A DNA stretch of 64,000 nucleotides from Actinomycetota bacterium. Its GTDB lineage: Bacteria > Actinomycetota > Acidimicrobiia > Acidimicrobiales > Ilumatobacteraceae. The translations under genes were made by a program, and so were the position numbers. This document shows, piece after piece, positions 1 through 10,222 of the stretch (within the stretch, counting starts at the first letter, position 1; every line of letters starts with the position of its first letter). The notes below the pieces were generated by a model that ran no database searches, had not been told where the DNA came from, and saw only the letters and a list, made by a program, of their open reading frames with translations. The stretch covers positions 13,082-77,081 of the forward strand of contig JBEGQL010000032.1 in assembly GCA_041181005.1 (NCBI GenBank), given 5' to 3'.

Positions 1-31
1 TATGTGCCCGGGCACCCGTAGCCTTGTCACC

Positions 32-613
32 ATGTCGAGTGCTCCGTCCCCCGGAGGTTTCACGGTTGCTGTCCTCATCGGAGGGGACTCCTCACGGATG
101 GGCGCCGACAAGGCGACATTCGAGGTCGACGGTGTGCCGATGGCGAATCGTGTGGCCGATGCGGCCAGGAGGGCGGGTGCTGACGAGCTGTTGATGGTCG
201 GAGGCACCCAGGGTCGGGCCAAGACCCTTGACGGGATCTGGAAGAAGGACGCGTTCCCCGGAGAGGGACCCCTGGGCGGGGTCATCACGGCGCTGAAGTC
301 CGCAGCCAACGATTCGGTGGTCGTGCTCTCGTGCGACATGCCGTTCATCACTCCTGCAGTCATCAAGAGCCTCGTGGACGGGTTGGCGGACGCGCAGGCC
401 ACGGTCGGCCGCACGGACAGGCTCAACTGGCTGTGCGCGGCGTGGTCGAAGGACGAGTGCCTGGGGTCGCTGCAGGGAGTGTGGAAGCGCAACGAGCGTG
501 CGGTCCACCGTGCCGCCGTGCTTCTCGACGTGCTCGAGGTTCCCGTCCCGGCTGTCGCAGTGAGGAACATCAACACACCGGCAGACCTCGAACCGCCGGC
601 CGAAGAGGGCTAG
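32..613 (+). CDS. mobA: molybdenum cofactor guanylyltransferase (MobA-like nucleotidyltransferase)
   Basis: ORF 2..613; N-terminal NTP-transferase signature VAVLIGGDSSRMGADKA and later LSCDMPF; ATG at 32 preferred over ATG at 2 at the window edge, start uncertain. Confidence 0.7.
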   Translation: MSSAPSPGGFTVAVLIGGDSSRMGADKATFEVDGVPMANRVADAARRAGADELLMVGGTQGRAKTLDGIWKKDAFPGEGPLGGVITALKSAANDSVVVLSCDMPFITPAVIKSLVDGLADAQATVGRTDRLNWLCAAWSKDECLGSLQGVWKRNERAVHRAAVLLDVLEVPVPAVAVRNINTPADLEPPAEEG

Positions 614-620
614 GCGTCAC

Positions 621-1847
621 TTGCGCAGGGGGCAGGGTGGCGGGCCGCCGTCGGCGGCCGTGCCCCATGAGTGGATCGATGACGACTCGCGCCTGAGGGA
701 GTTCGTGGACGCTGCTGTCGGCAGTGAGCTCTACTTCGTCGACACCGAGTTCCACCGCGAGCGGACCTATTACCCGCAGTTGGCTCTCGTACAGATTGCA
801 GTGGGGGACAGAATCGCACTCATCGACCCGGTCGTGACCGACGCACGGCTGCTGCGGCCGCTCCTCGAGGGACCCGGCACGGCCGTTCTCCATGCCGCAC
901 AGCAGGACCTCGATGTCCTGTCCCAGTCCATCGGTTGCATCCCGTCGAGGATGTTCGACACACAGATTGCCGCCGGATTCGTGGGGTTCTCCAGCCCGTC
1001 GCTCGCCACGCTCGTGTCGGCGCTCGTCGGGGGCACGGTGCCCAAGGGGGACAGGCTGACTGATTGGCTGCGACGGCCGCTCACCGCGGACCAACGCAAC
1101 TACGCCGCGTCCGACGTCGTTCACCTGCCAGCTCTCCACCGGATGCTGCGGGAGAGACTCGAGACCAGGGGTCGACTGTCGTGGGCCGAGGAGGCGTGCG
1201 AGGAGCTCCGGCTCCGGCCGACCGGTCCGGCTCAGCCCGGGGATGCGTGGCTCAAGGTGAAGGACATCCGCACGTTGAAGGGAAGGTCGCGCTGGGTGGC
1301 GCGCGAGATCTGCATCTGGCGTGAGGAAAGGGCGATGGAACGTGACATACCCGTGCGTCACGTGCTCTCCGACATCTCTGTGCTCGGCGTCGCACAGCGC
1401 GCCCCGAGAACTACCGACGAACTCGCATCGTGCCGTGGTCTCGACCGCAAGACGGCAGAGGGCAGGACGGGCGCTGCGCTGCTTGATGCGGTGGAGCGGG
1501 GAGTCACAGCGTCGACCCGTGGCGACCTCGCGTTCCCGGCACCCGAGGGGGACGAACTGGAGAAGGATCTCCGTCATGCGGTGACCCTCGTCGGGGTGTG
1601 GGTGGCCGAACTTGCACGACAGAGCGAACTCGATCCGACACTGCTCGGCACCCGCCGGGACATCGTGGAGTTGCTCGCACGGAACCCGTCTGCCCGGCTC
1701 GCGCACGGGTGGAGAGCAGACATCCTCGGCCGCGACGTGGAGATGCTGATCGAGGGCAGGATGGCCCTGACATTCCGTCGGGACGGCGAGGACATCGGGC
1801 TGAGAATGGTCCCTGTGGACACTGCGCGCGAGGCAATTGACCCCTGA
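621..1847 (+). CDS. rnd: ribonuclease D (DEDD 3'-5' exonuclease with HRDC-like C-terminus)
   Basis: Exo motifs YFVDTEFHRE, LHAAQQDL, YAASDVVHL in ORF 621..1847; start TTG 621 or GTG 660. Confidence 0.8.
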   Translation: MRRGQGGGPPSAAVPHEWIDDDSRLREFVDAAVGSELYFVDTEFHRERTYYPQLALVQIAVGDRIALIDPVVTDARLLRPLLEGPGTAVLHAAQQDLDVLSQSIGCIPSRMFDTQIAAGFVGFSSPSLATLVSALVGGTVPKGDRLTDWLRRPLTADQRNYAASDVVHLPALHRMLRERLETRGRLSWAEEACEELRLRPTGPAQPGDAWLKVKDIRTLKGRSRWVAREICIWREERAMERDIPVRHVLSDISVLGVAQRAPRTTDELASCRGLDRKTAEGRTGAALLDAVERGVTASTRGDLAFPAPEGDELEKDLRHAVTLVGVWVAELARQSELDPTLLGTRRDIVELLARNPSARLAHGWRADILGRDVEMLIEGRMALTFRRDGEDIGLRMVPVDTAREAIDP

Positions 1848-1882
1848 ATGTCTCGCCCCACGGCTAGCATGGAGTCGTTGTT

Positions 1883-2119
1883 GTGTACGGGCCGATGGCC
1901 CCGGAATGGAGCCCGGCTGTGAAAAAGGGTCGCCACCGTCGCTTCGAGGAAGCGCGCAAACTGAAGCAGGCCGGTCCGTCCGCGTCCGACCTCGGGTTCA
2001 CCGAGTCCGGCCGGTCTTCCCGCACGGAGGATGACGAGTACGCGGAGATCGCCGAGCGTTACGGGGTCAGGTTCGACGAGGACGAGGACTCCGATGACGA
2101 GGGCTCAGACGACGACTGA
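1883..2119 (+). CDS. small protein with basic N-terminus and poly-acidic C-terminus (DUF3073-like)
   Basis: 78-codon ORF, KKGRHRRFEEARKLKQ then DDEYAEIAERYG and a D/E/S tail; coding-like GC3; true start may be GTG 1919. Confidence 0.5.
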   Translation: MYGPMAPEWSPAVKKGRHRRFEEARKLKQAGPSASDLGFTESGRSSRTEDDEYAEIAERYGVRFDEDEDSDDEGSDDD

Positions 2120-2131
2120 GTCGCTCCCCAC

Positions 2132-3961
2132 ATGTCCAGCCCCCTCAGGAACGTGGCCCTTGTCGCGCATGTCGACCATGGCAAGACCACACTCGTCGAC
2201 GCTCTGCTGAAGAGCACGGGGGCGTTCGCGTCGCACCAGACGATCGTCGACCGTGTCATGGACTCCGACGACCAGGAACGCGAGCGCGGCATCACGATCT
2301 TCGCAAAGGCGGCACGTGTCCGTTGGCGCGACGTGCTCATGAACCTCGTCGACACTCCCGGCCACGCTGACTTCGGCGGCGAGGTGGAACGGGCACTGGC
2401 GCTCGTCGACGGCATCGTGCTCCTCGTGGACGCAGCCGAGGGACCGCTTCCGCAGACGCGTTACGTGCTCTCCAAGGCCCTCGGCAGGGGTCTGCCGGTG
2501 GTTCTCGTGATCAACAAGGTCGACCGCAAGGATGCCCGCCCGGACGAGGTGCTCGGTGAGGTGGAGCAGTTGTTCCTCGACCTCGCGGTCTCGGACGAGC
2601 AACTCTCGTTCCCCGTGGTCTCGGCGGTCGCCCGCGAGGGAAGGGCGATGCGCGGCGTCGGCATGCCGGATGACTCCGCCGACCTCTCGGCGCTTCTCGA
2701 CACGATTCTCGAGACGGTCCCCGAACCCGGGATGGATGATTCCCTCCCGCTCGCCGCTCTCGTCACGAACCTCGATGCATCGGATTACGTGGGTCGACTG
2801 GCCATCGGGAGGGTGCATGCCGGTGTCATGCGGAAGGGTGATTCCGTCGTTCTCTGGGGCAAGGGCGGGGAGGACTCCCGGTCGACGAGGCGGATCACGC
2901 AGCTGAGCGTGTTCGACGGCATCGGCCGCACCGAGGTCGACGAAGTGCGGGCAGGCGACCTCTTCGTCGTGGCGGGGATTCAGGACGTCGAAGTGGGAGA
3001 CACCATCGCATCGCCCGAGCTCGCAGCGGCACTCCCGCGTCTCGAGGTCGACGAACCGGTCATCAGGATGAGCTTCGGCGTGAACAACTCCCCGTACGCC
3101 GGGCGCGAGGGCAAGTACGTCACGAGCCGTCACATCCGCGAACGCCTGCAGCGTGAGATCCTCGGCAATGTGTCGATCAGGATCTCCGACACAGACTCCG
3201 CCGACGTGATGAGCGTGGCAGGTCGGGGCGAGCTCCAGCTGGCAGTCCTCATCGAGAGCATGCGCAGGGAGGGATTCGAACTGCAGGTGAGCCGGCCCGA
3301 GGTCATCACGCGGGAGATCAACGGGAAGCGGCACGAACCTCTGGAGGCCGGCACGTGCGACGTGCCCGACGAGCACGTCGGCACCGTCACGCAGGCGCTC
3401 GCTCCGAGAAAGGGGCGCATCGTGGATCTCAGGCCCGGAGACCCCGGACGCACGATCGTCTCCTTCGAGGCCCCGTCCCGCGGACTCATCGGGTTCCGCA
3501 GCCTGCTCCTCACGTCCACTCGCGGGACGGCCCTGTTGCACCAGCACCATGCCGGCTGGACGCCGTGGGCGGGTGACCTCCCGCACCGCCAGGGCGGCGC
3601 GATGGTGGCTGACCGGATCGGGGCGACCACCGCCTACGCGCTCGACAACCTGCAGTTGAGGGGCACCTTGTTCGTTGCACCCGGCGAGGACGTCTACGAG
3701 GGAATGGTCGTGGGGGAGTCAGCTCGTCCGGAGGAGATGGTGGTGAACTCGGTGCGGGCGAAGGAGAAGACCAACATCCGCACCCACAGCCACGACGACG
3801 GGGTGAAACTGGCTGCGCCCGTCCTCCACACGCTCGAGTCGGCAATCGAGTGGATCGCTGACGACGAGCTCGTGGAGATCACCCCGAGCAAGGTGCGCAT
3901 CCGCAAGCGTCACCTCGGGCTGGAGGACAGACGCAGGGCAGCGAAGAAGACCGGCGCCTAG
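2132..3961 (+). CDS. typA: translational GTPase TypA/BipA
   Basis: G motifs AHVDHGKTT, DTPGHADF, NKVD; 609 aa with EF-G-like domain order; ATG at 2132. Confidence 0.95.
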   Translation: MSSPLRNVALVAHVDHGKTTLVDALLKSTGAFASHQTIVDRVMDSDDQERERGITIFAKAARVRWRDVLMNLVDTPGHADFGGEVERALALVDGIVLLVDAAEGPLPQTRYVLSKALGRGLPVVLVINKVDRKDARPDEVLGEVEQLFLDLAVSDEQLSFPVVSAVAREGRAMRGVGMPDDSADLSALLDTILETVPEPGMDDSLPLAALVTNLDASDYVGRLAIGRVHAGVMRKGDSVVLWGKGGEDSRSTRRITQLSVFDGIGRTEVDEVRAGDLFVVAGIQDVEVGDTIASPELAAALPRLEVDEPVIRMSFGVNNSPYAGREGKYVTSRHIRERLQREILGNVSIRISDTDSADVMSVAGRGELQLAVLIESMRREGFELQVSRPEVITREINGKRHEPLEAGTCDVPDEHVGTVTQALAPRKGRIVDLRPGDPGRTIVSFEAPSRGLIGFRSLLLTSTRGTALLHQHHAGWTPWAGDLPHRQGGAMVADRIGATTAYALDNLQLRGTLFVAPGEDVYEGMVVGESARPEEMVVNSVRAKEKTNIRTHSHDDGVKLAAPVLHTLESAIEWIADDELVEITPSKVRIRKRHLGLEDRRRAAKKTGA

Positions 3962-4743
3962 CGCGCCGGTTTCCGGCCGCCGTCTGCGCGCGGAGGCGTC
4001 CGGAGCGCCGGGTGGGGCAGGGGAACCGCCCTCGGGCGCTCCATGTGGCCGACGAGCATCGCGTACGACTTCTCACCCATCAACTCCGTGAGTTCCTCGC
4101 GGAAGTACCTCCACGCCGGCTCCCCGCCCACGAAAGCCTCGGGAGATTCGGTGCACCACCACGCGAACTCGTTACCACCCGCGCCCCAGTCACGGCGCTT
4201 CCATTCGCGGAGAGTGGAGACGACGTGTCCGTTGTCCTCGACGTGGTCCTCGAGGCGCACCGGGACCTGCCAGCACACGTCGGGTTTCCAGTCCATGGGC
4301 CTCTCGCCGGCCTCGAGTGCGGCGATGTGGAACGCGCATCCGGTCCCCGCAGCGAACCCGGGTGGGTTGTGAAAGATGCACGCCCCGTTGACGGTGCGTG
4401 TCTTCGTCTGGCCGTCGTCGTCCTTCTCGGTCCAGCCGTTCCTTCTCGCCTCGGCGAAGTTGGCCCAGTGCCGTGCCGAGAGCCGCTTGACCGCCGCCCC
4501 GACGCTCGTGCGGTCCTCCCGGTCAAGAAAATGGGCCCCGAAACTGCAGCAACCCTGGCTCAGTTCGGGTGTCCTCTCCTCGTGAATGCCGCAGCAGCCC
4601 TCCCCGAATATGCACTTGTACGTGGACGCAAAGAACGTCGCGTCGATCATCCAGGTGCGTTCCTCGTCGGGGTCCTCGAAACTGATCCATTCGTGGGCAA
4701 GGTCGTCCTCGGGCACGAGAGAGAACGCTACTCGCCGGAGCAC
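3958..4743 (-). CDS. conserved Cys-rich hypothetical protein
   Basis: ORF 3958..4884; conserved-looking core FEDPDEERTWMIDATFF...CIFGEGCCGIH...GCCSFGAHF...GACIFH; GTG at 4743 chosen to avoid the Arg/Pro-rich N-extension; stop shares CTAG with typA stop. Confidence 0.6.
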   Translation of the reverse strand: MLRRVAFSLVPEDDLAHEWISFEDPDEERTWMIDATFFASTYKCIFGEGCCGIHEERTPELSQGCCSFGAHFLDREDRTSVGAAVKRLSARHWANFAEARRNGWTEKDDDGQTKTRTVNGACIFHNPPGFAAGTGCAFHIAALEAGERPMDWKPDVCWQVPVRLEDHVEDNGHVVSTLREWKRRDWGAGGNEFAWWCTESPEAFVGGEPAWRYFREELTELMGEKSYAMLVGHMERPRAVPLPHPALRTPPRADGGRKPAR

Positions 4744-4790
4744 TGTATGCGTGACGCCTGCACGAAGATCGCTCTTGTTACGGTTGCAAC

Positions 4791-4988
4791 GTGACGGGTC
4801 CCGGTCCTGACGACATCGTGCTGCAGCTCGAGGCCATCTCGGAGCGACTGGGAGACATGTCGATGGGGCTCCTGCGGGATGCAATCGAGAGCGGACAACC
4901 GCGGCCCGCAGAGGATCGCACGTTGATGCAGGCGAGGCGGGCCGTGGACAAGGCGGCGGACCTGCTCCGGCGCCTCAGTGACGGTTGA
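4791..4988 (+). CDS. hypothetical small protein
   Basis: 65-codon ORF (GTG start) with high GC3 and helical-looking sequence; no recognisable motif; 3' end overlaps LOG gene 3' end by 14 nt. Confidence 0.35.
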   Translation: MTGPGPDDIVLQLEAISERLGDMSMGLLRDAIESGQPRPAEDRTLMQARRAVDKAADLLRRLSDG

Positions 4989-6000
4989 TTGCTTCGATCA
5001 ACGGGAGCAACGGGGCGTACCCGTGCCCGGCGTAGTTCAGAACCAGGCGCTTCTTGTCCAGGTTGTCGTCGTCCCGTGTCTCGGCCCTCGTGGGTGCGGC
5101 CTTCTCGATGGTGCCGCTGCCGCAGAGGTGGGCGAACCCGGAGCGGAGTCGCTCCAGGTCGGCATCGGGAATCTCCCGTTCCATCCGCAGGACCAGCAGC
5201 CCGTCCACGTGGCGCAACGAGTGGTAGTTGGCGTAGAAGCCGTTGATGACGGAGGCGGCTTCCTCGACGCTCCCGGTGATCCGGTAGAGGCCCGTGTCCT
5301 CGGGCGAGATGACTGAGTGCGCCAGAAGGGTCGGCATCAATCCCGCCATGATGGGCTTCCAGAACGGCTTGTCGGGCGGGTCGAGGAACACGATCGGGGC
5401 GGGGACCGCGCGCCCCGTCTGGACGAGCGTGAGCAGTTCGAACGTCTCGTCGAGCGTGCCGAACCCTCCCGGCATGCAGACGAACCCGTGCGATTCCTTC
5501 ATGAGCATCAGTTTCCGGGTGAAGAAGTACCGCATGGTGACGTGCTTCTCGTCGTCGGCGATGACGGCGTTCGCCGAGCTCTCGAACGGAAGCCGGATGG
5601 AGACACCGATTGAGTTCTCCCGGCCGGCGCCGACCATGCCCGCCTCCATGAGTCCCGGTCCTGCGCCGGTCACCACCATGAACCCGAGGCCCGCCAGCCT
5701 GGACGCCACGTCCACGCCGAGGGAGTACACGGGGCTGCCCGCATCGATGCGCGCCGAGCCGAAGATCGTGACCTTCCTGGCGCCGCGGTAGGGGGCGAAC
5801 ATCTCGAAGGCATCCTCCATCTCCGAGACTGCGGCCGAGGCGATCTTCACGTCCAGGGACGAAGCATTCCCGCGGACGAGGTCGGTGAACGATTCAAGGA
5901 GGGTGATCAACATGCGCTGCTCGTTCTGTGAACGTCGGGTCTCCCTCAGTGCCGCGGCGACGGCGCCGAGAACTGCGTCAGCGCTCCTCTCCGCGGCCAC
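4975..6000 (-). CDS. LOG-family (TIGR00730-type) nucleotide nucleosidase-like protein with N- and C-terminal extensions (PpnN-like architecture)
   Basis: VTIFGSAR..., VVTGAGPGLMEA, PGGFGTLDETFE (PGGxGTxxE) motifs; GTG at 6000 overlaps the tal stop (TAGTG); ATG 5913 is an alternative start. Confidence 0.8.
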   Translation of the reverse strand: MAAERSADAVLGAVAAALRETRRSQNEQRMLITLLESFTDLVRGNASSLDVKIASAAVSEMEDAFEMFAPYRGARKVTIFGSARIDAGSPVYSLGVDVASRLAGLGFMVVTGAGPGLMEAGMVGAGRENSIGVSIRLPFESSANAVIADDEKHVTMRYFFTRKLMLMKESHGFVCMPGGFGTLDETFELLTLVQTGRAVPAPIVFLDPPDKPFWKPIMAGLMPTLLAHSVISPEDTGLYRITGSVEEAASVINGFYANYHSLRHVDGLLVLRMEREIPDADLERLRSGFAHLCGSGTIEKAAPTRAETRDDDNLDKKRLVLNYAGHGYAPLLPLIEAINRH

Positions 6001-7100
6001 TACTGGCCGTCCGCTTTCAGGTGCAGCGACCCGATCAGGTCCTCGAAGCTCGCGTCGAACGAGGCGAGACCCTCCTCCTCGAGCACGCCCGCAACCTGGT
6101 CGGCCTCTATGCCGAGTGCGGACAGTGAGGTCCACACGCGGGCCGCAGACGCGACGTCAGCGTCGACCGTGCGTTCAAGTGTTCCGTGGTCGTCGAATGC
6201 CTCGAGTGTGTTCTCCGGCAGTGTGTTCACGCTGCGCGGTCCGATGAGCCGGTCGACGTACAGGGTGTCGGGGTACGCGGGGTTCTTCGTGGACGTCGAC
6301 GCCCACAGTGGCCTCTGGGGCACCGCGCCCTGCGCCTGGAGTCGGTCCCACCTGGGTCCGGAGAAAGTCGACTCGAACAACGAATACGCGAGAACGGCCT
6401 GCGCAACGGCAGCCTGCCCCCGCAGGGCGAGTGCCTCGTGCGTACCGATGAAGTCGAGACGGCGGTCCACCTCTGTGTCCACCCTGCTGATGAAGAAACT
6501 CGCAACCCCTGCCACGCCCGACAACGGGAGTCCCCGTGCCGCGCGGTCCTCCAGACCCGCGATGTGCGCCTCCATCACCTCGGCGTAGCGGGTGAGACCG
6601 AATATGAGGGTGACGTTCACGTTCGTGCCCTCGGCAACGAGTCTGCGGATGGCCCCGAGCCCCGCGGATGTTCCCGGAACCTTGATCATCACGTTCGGTC
6701 TGTCGATCCGGTCGCGGAGCTCGAGTGCGTCATCGACGGTCCGGTCTGCGTCCCCTGCGAGGCGGGGGTCCACCTCGACACTGACGAATCCGTCCGCGCC
6801 CCCGCTCTCGGAGTGGAGCGGCGCGAAGAGGTCCGCGGCGTCGCGGATGTCGGACTGGACCAGTGCCCAGTAGGCATCCTCCACCGACACGCCCTTCTGC
6901 ATCACATCAGAGAACTGCGCGTCGTAGTCGGTGCTGCCCTGTATCGCCTTCTGGAAGATGGTGGGGTTCGAGGTCAGGCCACGGACTCCACGTTCGATGA
7001 ACCGTGCGAGCCTCCCGGAAACGAGATCCCGGCGCTGGAGGTTGTCCAGCCACGGACTCTGTCCGTGAAGACGGTGGAGGTCGAGGAGCCTTCCGCTCAT
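6000..7100 (-). CDS. tal: transaldolase (long actinobacterial type)
   Basis: SPWLDNLQR, GLTSNPTIFQKAI, IKVPGT motifs; ATG 7100 lies 10 nt downstream of the tkt stop. Confidence 0.9.
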   Translation of the reverse strand: MSGRLLDLHRLHGQSPWLDNLQRRDLVSGRLARFIERGVRGLTSNPTIFQKAIQGSTDYDAQFSDVMQKGVSVEDAYWALVQSDIRDAADLFAPLHSESGGADGFVSVEVDPRLAGDADRTVDDALELRDRIDRPNVMIKVPGTSAGLGAIRRLVAEGTNVNVTLIFGLTRYAEVMEAHIAGLEDRAARGLPLSGVAGVASFFISRVDTEVDRRLDFIGTHEALALRGQAAVAQAVLAYSLFESTFSGPRWDRLQAQGAVPQRPLWASTSTKNPAYPDTLYVDRLIGPRSVNTLPENTLEAFDDHGTLERTVDADVASAARVWTSLSALGIEADQVAGVLEEEGLASFDASFEDLIGSLHLKADGQ

Positions 7101-7110
7101 GATCGGGCGG

Positions 7111-9063
7111 TCACGACCCGGAGGCCTGCCGCACGGCTGCGACGACGGCGTCAACGTTCATCCCGAGACGCTCGAGAACTGTCCCGCCCGGGGCACTCGC
7201 GCCGAATCTGTCTATGCCGAGGCAGATGTCGGCCCACCGTTCCCAGCCGAACGTGGTCCCGGCCTCCACGCTGACCACAGGTACCCCGGGCGGAAACACG
7301 GAGTCTCGGTAGGCGGGGTCCTGGGATTCGAAGATGTCCCATGACGGCATCGACACCACGTTCACGGCCGTGCCTGACTCGGCGAGCTGAAGAGCGGCCC
7401 TCACCGCGAGACCCATTTCACTGCCCGTGGCGACGATGACCGCGGACGGGGACGGAACGGCGGAGACTGTTGCGGCACCTCGGCTCACGGCAGAACCATC
7501 CGTGACGGCGTCGACGTTCTGGCGCGACAGCACGAGCACAGTGGGACCGTCGTGCTCCACGGCTGACTGCCATGCCGCAACCGTCTCGTTCGGGTCTGCT
7601 GGTCTGATGATGCGCAGCCCGGGCATCGCCCGCAGGGAGGCGAGTTGCTCCACCGGCTGGTGGGTCGGACCGTCCTCGCCGACCCCCACCGAGTCGTGGC
7701 TGAACACGAACACGCAGCGGGCCCTCGAGAGTGCCGCAAGCCGGATCGCGGGGCGCATGTAGTCAGCGAAGACGAAGAATGTGCCGCCCACGGGCAACAC
7801 CCCGCCGTGGAGGGCCATTCCCACCATCGCGGCGCCCATCGCGTGTTCCCGGATGCCGTAGTACACCTGGCGACCGGCCGGGGTGTCACGGGTGAAGGAG
7901 TTCCTTCCGTCGAGCTTGGCACCGGTGTTGCCGGTGAGGTCCGCTGCTCCGCTCACCACCCACGGCAGGACGTCCCGGCTGGCCTCCAGTGCCTTCTGGA
8001 AGGCCTGCCGGGTCGCAAGGACGGTGGACGAATCGAATGCGGGGAGGCATGCTGCCCATCCGTCCGGGGCCACGGCCCGGAGTCCGTCACGGAGGTCTCT
8101 CTCGGGCACGGAGAGATTCCCGCGCCAGTGTCCGATCGCAAGGTCGGCCCTTGCGGCGACATGGGCGCGGTAGGCATCCACAACCGCCGTGGGTGCCCAG
8201 AAAGGTTCGTCGGGGATGCCCATCACGGCCTTGGTGGCGGTGACGTGCGCTGCCGTGAACGGGTTGCCGTGGGCCTCGTGCGAGTCGGTCAGGTCGGGGG
8301 AGGGGAACCCGATGTGGGTCCTCAGGCGCACGAGGACAGGGCTCCCTGTGTGTGACTCTGCGCTTCTCAGGACCTGTTCGATCGTGTCGAGATCATCGCC
8401 TGGTTCGCCCGCATCGATGACGTGCCAGCCGTAGGACCTGAATCGACCGATGACATCGTCGGAGCACGACATGGACGTCGAGCCGTCGATCGTGATCGCG
8501 TTGTCGTCGAAGATGCACGTGAGGTGGTCGAGACCGAGATGCCCGGCGAGCGACGCTGCCTCGTGGCTGATTCCCTCCATCAGGCACCCGTCGCCCGCGA
8601 TGACCCACGTGCGGTGGTTCACCGCCGCAGGTCCGTGGACCGCACGCAGATGGGCCTCTGCGATTGCCATCCCCACCGCGTTCGCGAACCCCTGCCCCAG
8701 TGGTCCGGTGGTCACCTCGACGCCCCGGGTGTGCCCGGCCTCGGGATGTCCCGGCGTGGCTGAGCCCCACTGCCGGAACTCGCGCAGGTCGTCGAGCGAC
8801 AGACCGTGGCCGCACAAGTACAGCAACGCGTACTGGAGGATCGAGGCGTGGCCGCCGGACAGGATGAAACGGTCCCTGTCCGGCCATGCAGGGTCTCGGG
8901 GGTCGAACCTCATCACCCTGCTGAACAGGACGTGGGCGACCGGTGCGAGGGCCATCGCAGTGCCCTGGTGCCCGCTCTTTGCTGCCAGCGGCGCGTCCAT
9001 CGCGAGACCCCTGATCAGCGAGACGGCCTGTGTGTCGATCTCAGGAGAGAGGCGCAAGGTCAC
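7111..9063 (-). CDS. tkt: transketolase
   Basis: SGHQGTAMALAPV, GDGCLMEGISHEA (ThDP motif), GEDGPTHQPVEQL; GTG 9063 chosen because the N-terminal IRGLAMDA alignment needs an upstream start. Confidence 0.92.
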   Translation of the reverse strand: MTLRLSPEIDTQAVSLIRGLAMDAPLAAKSGHQGTAMALAPVAHVLFSRVMRFDPRDPAWPDRDRFILSGGHASILQYALLYLCGHGLSLDDLREFRQWGSATPGHPEAGHTRGVEVTTGPLGQGFANAVGMAIAEAHLRAVHGPAAVNHRTWVIAGDGCLMEGISHEAASLAGHLGLDHLTCIFDDNAITIDGSTSMSCSDDVIGRFRSYGWHVIDAGEPGDDLDTIEQVLRSAESHTGSPVLVRLRTHIGFPSPDLTDSHEAHGNPFTAAHVTATKAVMGIPDEPFWAPTAVVDAYRAHVAARADLAIGHWRGNLSVPERDLRDGLRAVAPDGWAACLPAFDSSTVLATRQAFQKALEASRDVLPWVVSGAADLTGNTGAKLDGRNSFTRDTPAGRQVYYGIREHAMGAAMVGMALHGGVLPVGGTFFVFADYMRPAIRLAALSRARCVFVFSHDSVGVGEDGPTHQPVEQLASLRAMPGLRIIRPADPNETVAAWQSAVEHDGPTVLVLSRQNVDAVTDGSAVSRGAATVSAVPSPSAVIVATGSEMGLAVRAALQLAESGTAVNVVSMPSWDIFESQDPAYRDSVFPPGVPVVSVEAGTTFGWERWADICLGIDRFGASAPGGTVLERLGMNVDAVVAAVRQASGS

Positions 9064-10183
9064 GGACGGACTGTAATCCCCGCCATGCCGCGGTGACGCA
9101 CAACGAGTCATCGAGAGCGATCAGGTTGGCCTCTCGACCGGGGGCCGGGGTGACCATGTCGTGCATCCCCAGGATTCGCGCCGGGATGACCGTCGCTGCT
9201 CCCAGCGCGGCGGCGAGTTCGACCCCGCACGAGTTCACTACGTTGCGGACGCACCCGCCGAGCGCAGTGGATGACCCCGCGAGCGTCCCGTCGGGGAGAC
9301 GGGGGGCGCCGTCACGGAGCTCGATGCCCCTGCGTCGCGACCCCGCATCGTTCCACGCGACGGAATCAGACACCAGGCACACCCTCCCCGGCGCGGCTGC
9401 GAATGCCAGCCGGACGGCGTCGGCAGAGACGTGCACGAGGTCAGCGATGAGACCAAGATGCACGCGGTCATCCACCAGGGCCATGAGGGTGATCGAGTCA
9501 TCGCGATGGTGCACCTGGGGCATCGCATTGAACAGGTGGGTGACCATGGAGGCCCCCGCACGGACGCACGCATCCCATCTACCGCGGTCCGGTGCGGTGT
9601 GCCCGAGTGACACGACGACGCCCCGGGAGGCGAGGCCACGGATGAAGGCGGGGGCTTCGCTGTCCTCGGCACCGGTGGTCACGAGGAGTGTCCCCGCCGG
9701 GGGAGAGAGCGCGAATGAGATGTCAGGCGGGCGCACCCGCGCGCGATCGTGTGCCCCGAGCCTCGAACCGAGAAACGGGCCCTCGAGATGGACACCCAGA
9801 CAACCCGGGGCGCCGGTCGATGCAGCACGGACTGCGTCGGCGCGCGAGACAACACGTGAGAGATCATCGGTGACGAGCGTGGCGAGCCAGCGGGTCGTGC
9901 CTTTCGCAAGGAGCATCGAGTCCAGCGCCGCCATGTCGGAGGCGGTGACACCCGCCGCGGAGCCGGCGCAGCTCACGGAACCGAATCCGTTCATCTGGAT
10001 GTCGAGAAAACCGGGCGAGAGGAGGCTGTGTTCACAGGGTCCGTCGTGCTCCTCCATCGACTGGATGAGGCCGTTCCGGAGCGTGATCGCAGTCGGCCCG
10101 CGCAGCACGGCTCCGTCGAAGAAACGGGATGCCGTGATGATCTCCACCGCGCCGTTCTTCGCGGGCTCCGTCTCGTTCCTCAC
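9041..10183 (-). CDS. nagA: N-acetylglucosamine-6-phosphate deacetylase
   Basis: GFLDIQMNGFG, HLEGPFL, VSLGHT, THLFNAM motifs; GTG start 10183. Confidence 0.85.
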   Translation of the reverse strand: MRNETEPAKNGAVEIITASRFFDGAVLRGPTAITLRNGLIQSMEEHDGPCEHSLLSPGFLDIQMNGFGSVSCAGSAAGVTASDMAALDSMLLAKGTTRWLATLVTDDLSRVVSRADAVRAASTGAPGCLGVHLEGPFLGSRLGAHDRARVRPPDISFALSPPAGTLLVTTGAEDSEAPAFIRGLASRGVVVSLGHTAPDRGRWDACVRAGASMVTHLFNAMPQVHHRDDSITLMALVDDRVHLGLIADLVHVSADAVRLAFAAAPGRVCLVSDSVAWNDAGSRRRGIELRDGAPRLPDGTLAGSSTALGGCVRNVVNSCGVELAAALGAATVIPARILGMHDMVTPAPGREANLIALDDSLCVTAAWRGLQSVRDLAPLS

Positions 10184-10222
10184 TCCGCAAACGGTACCGA
10201 TGGCCCGGCCGTCAGCCGGGAA

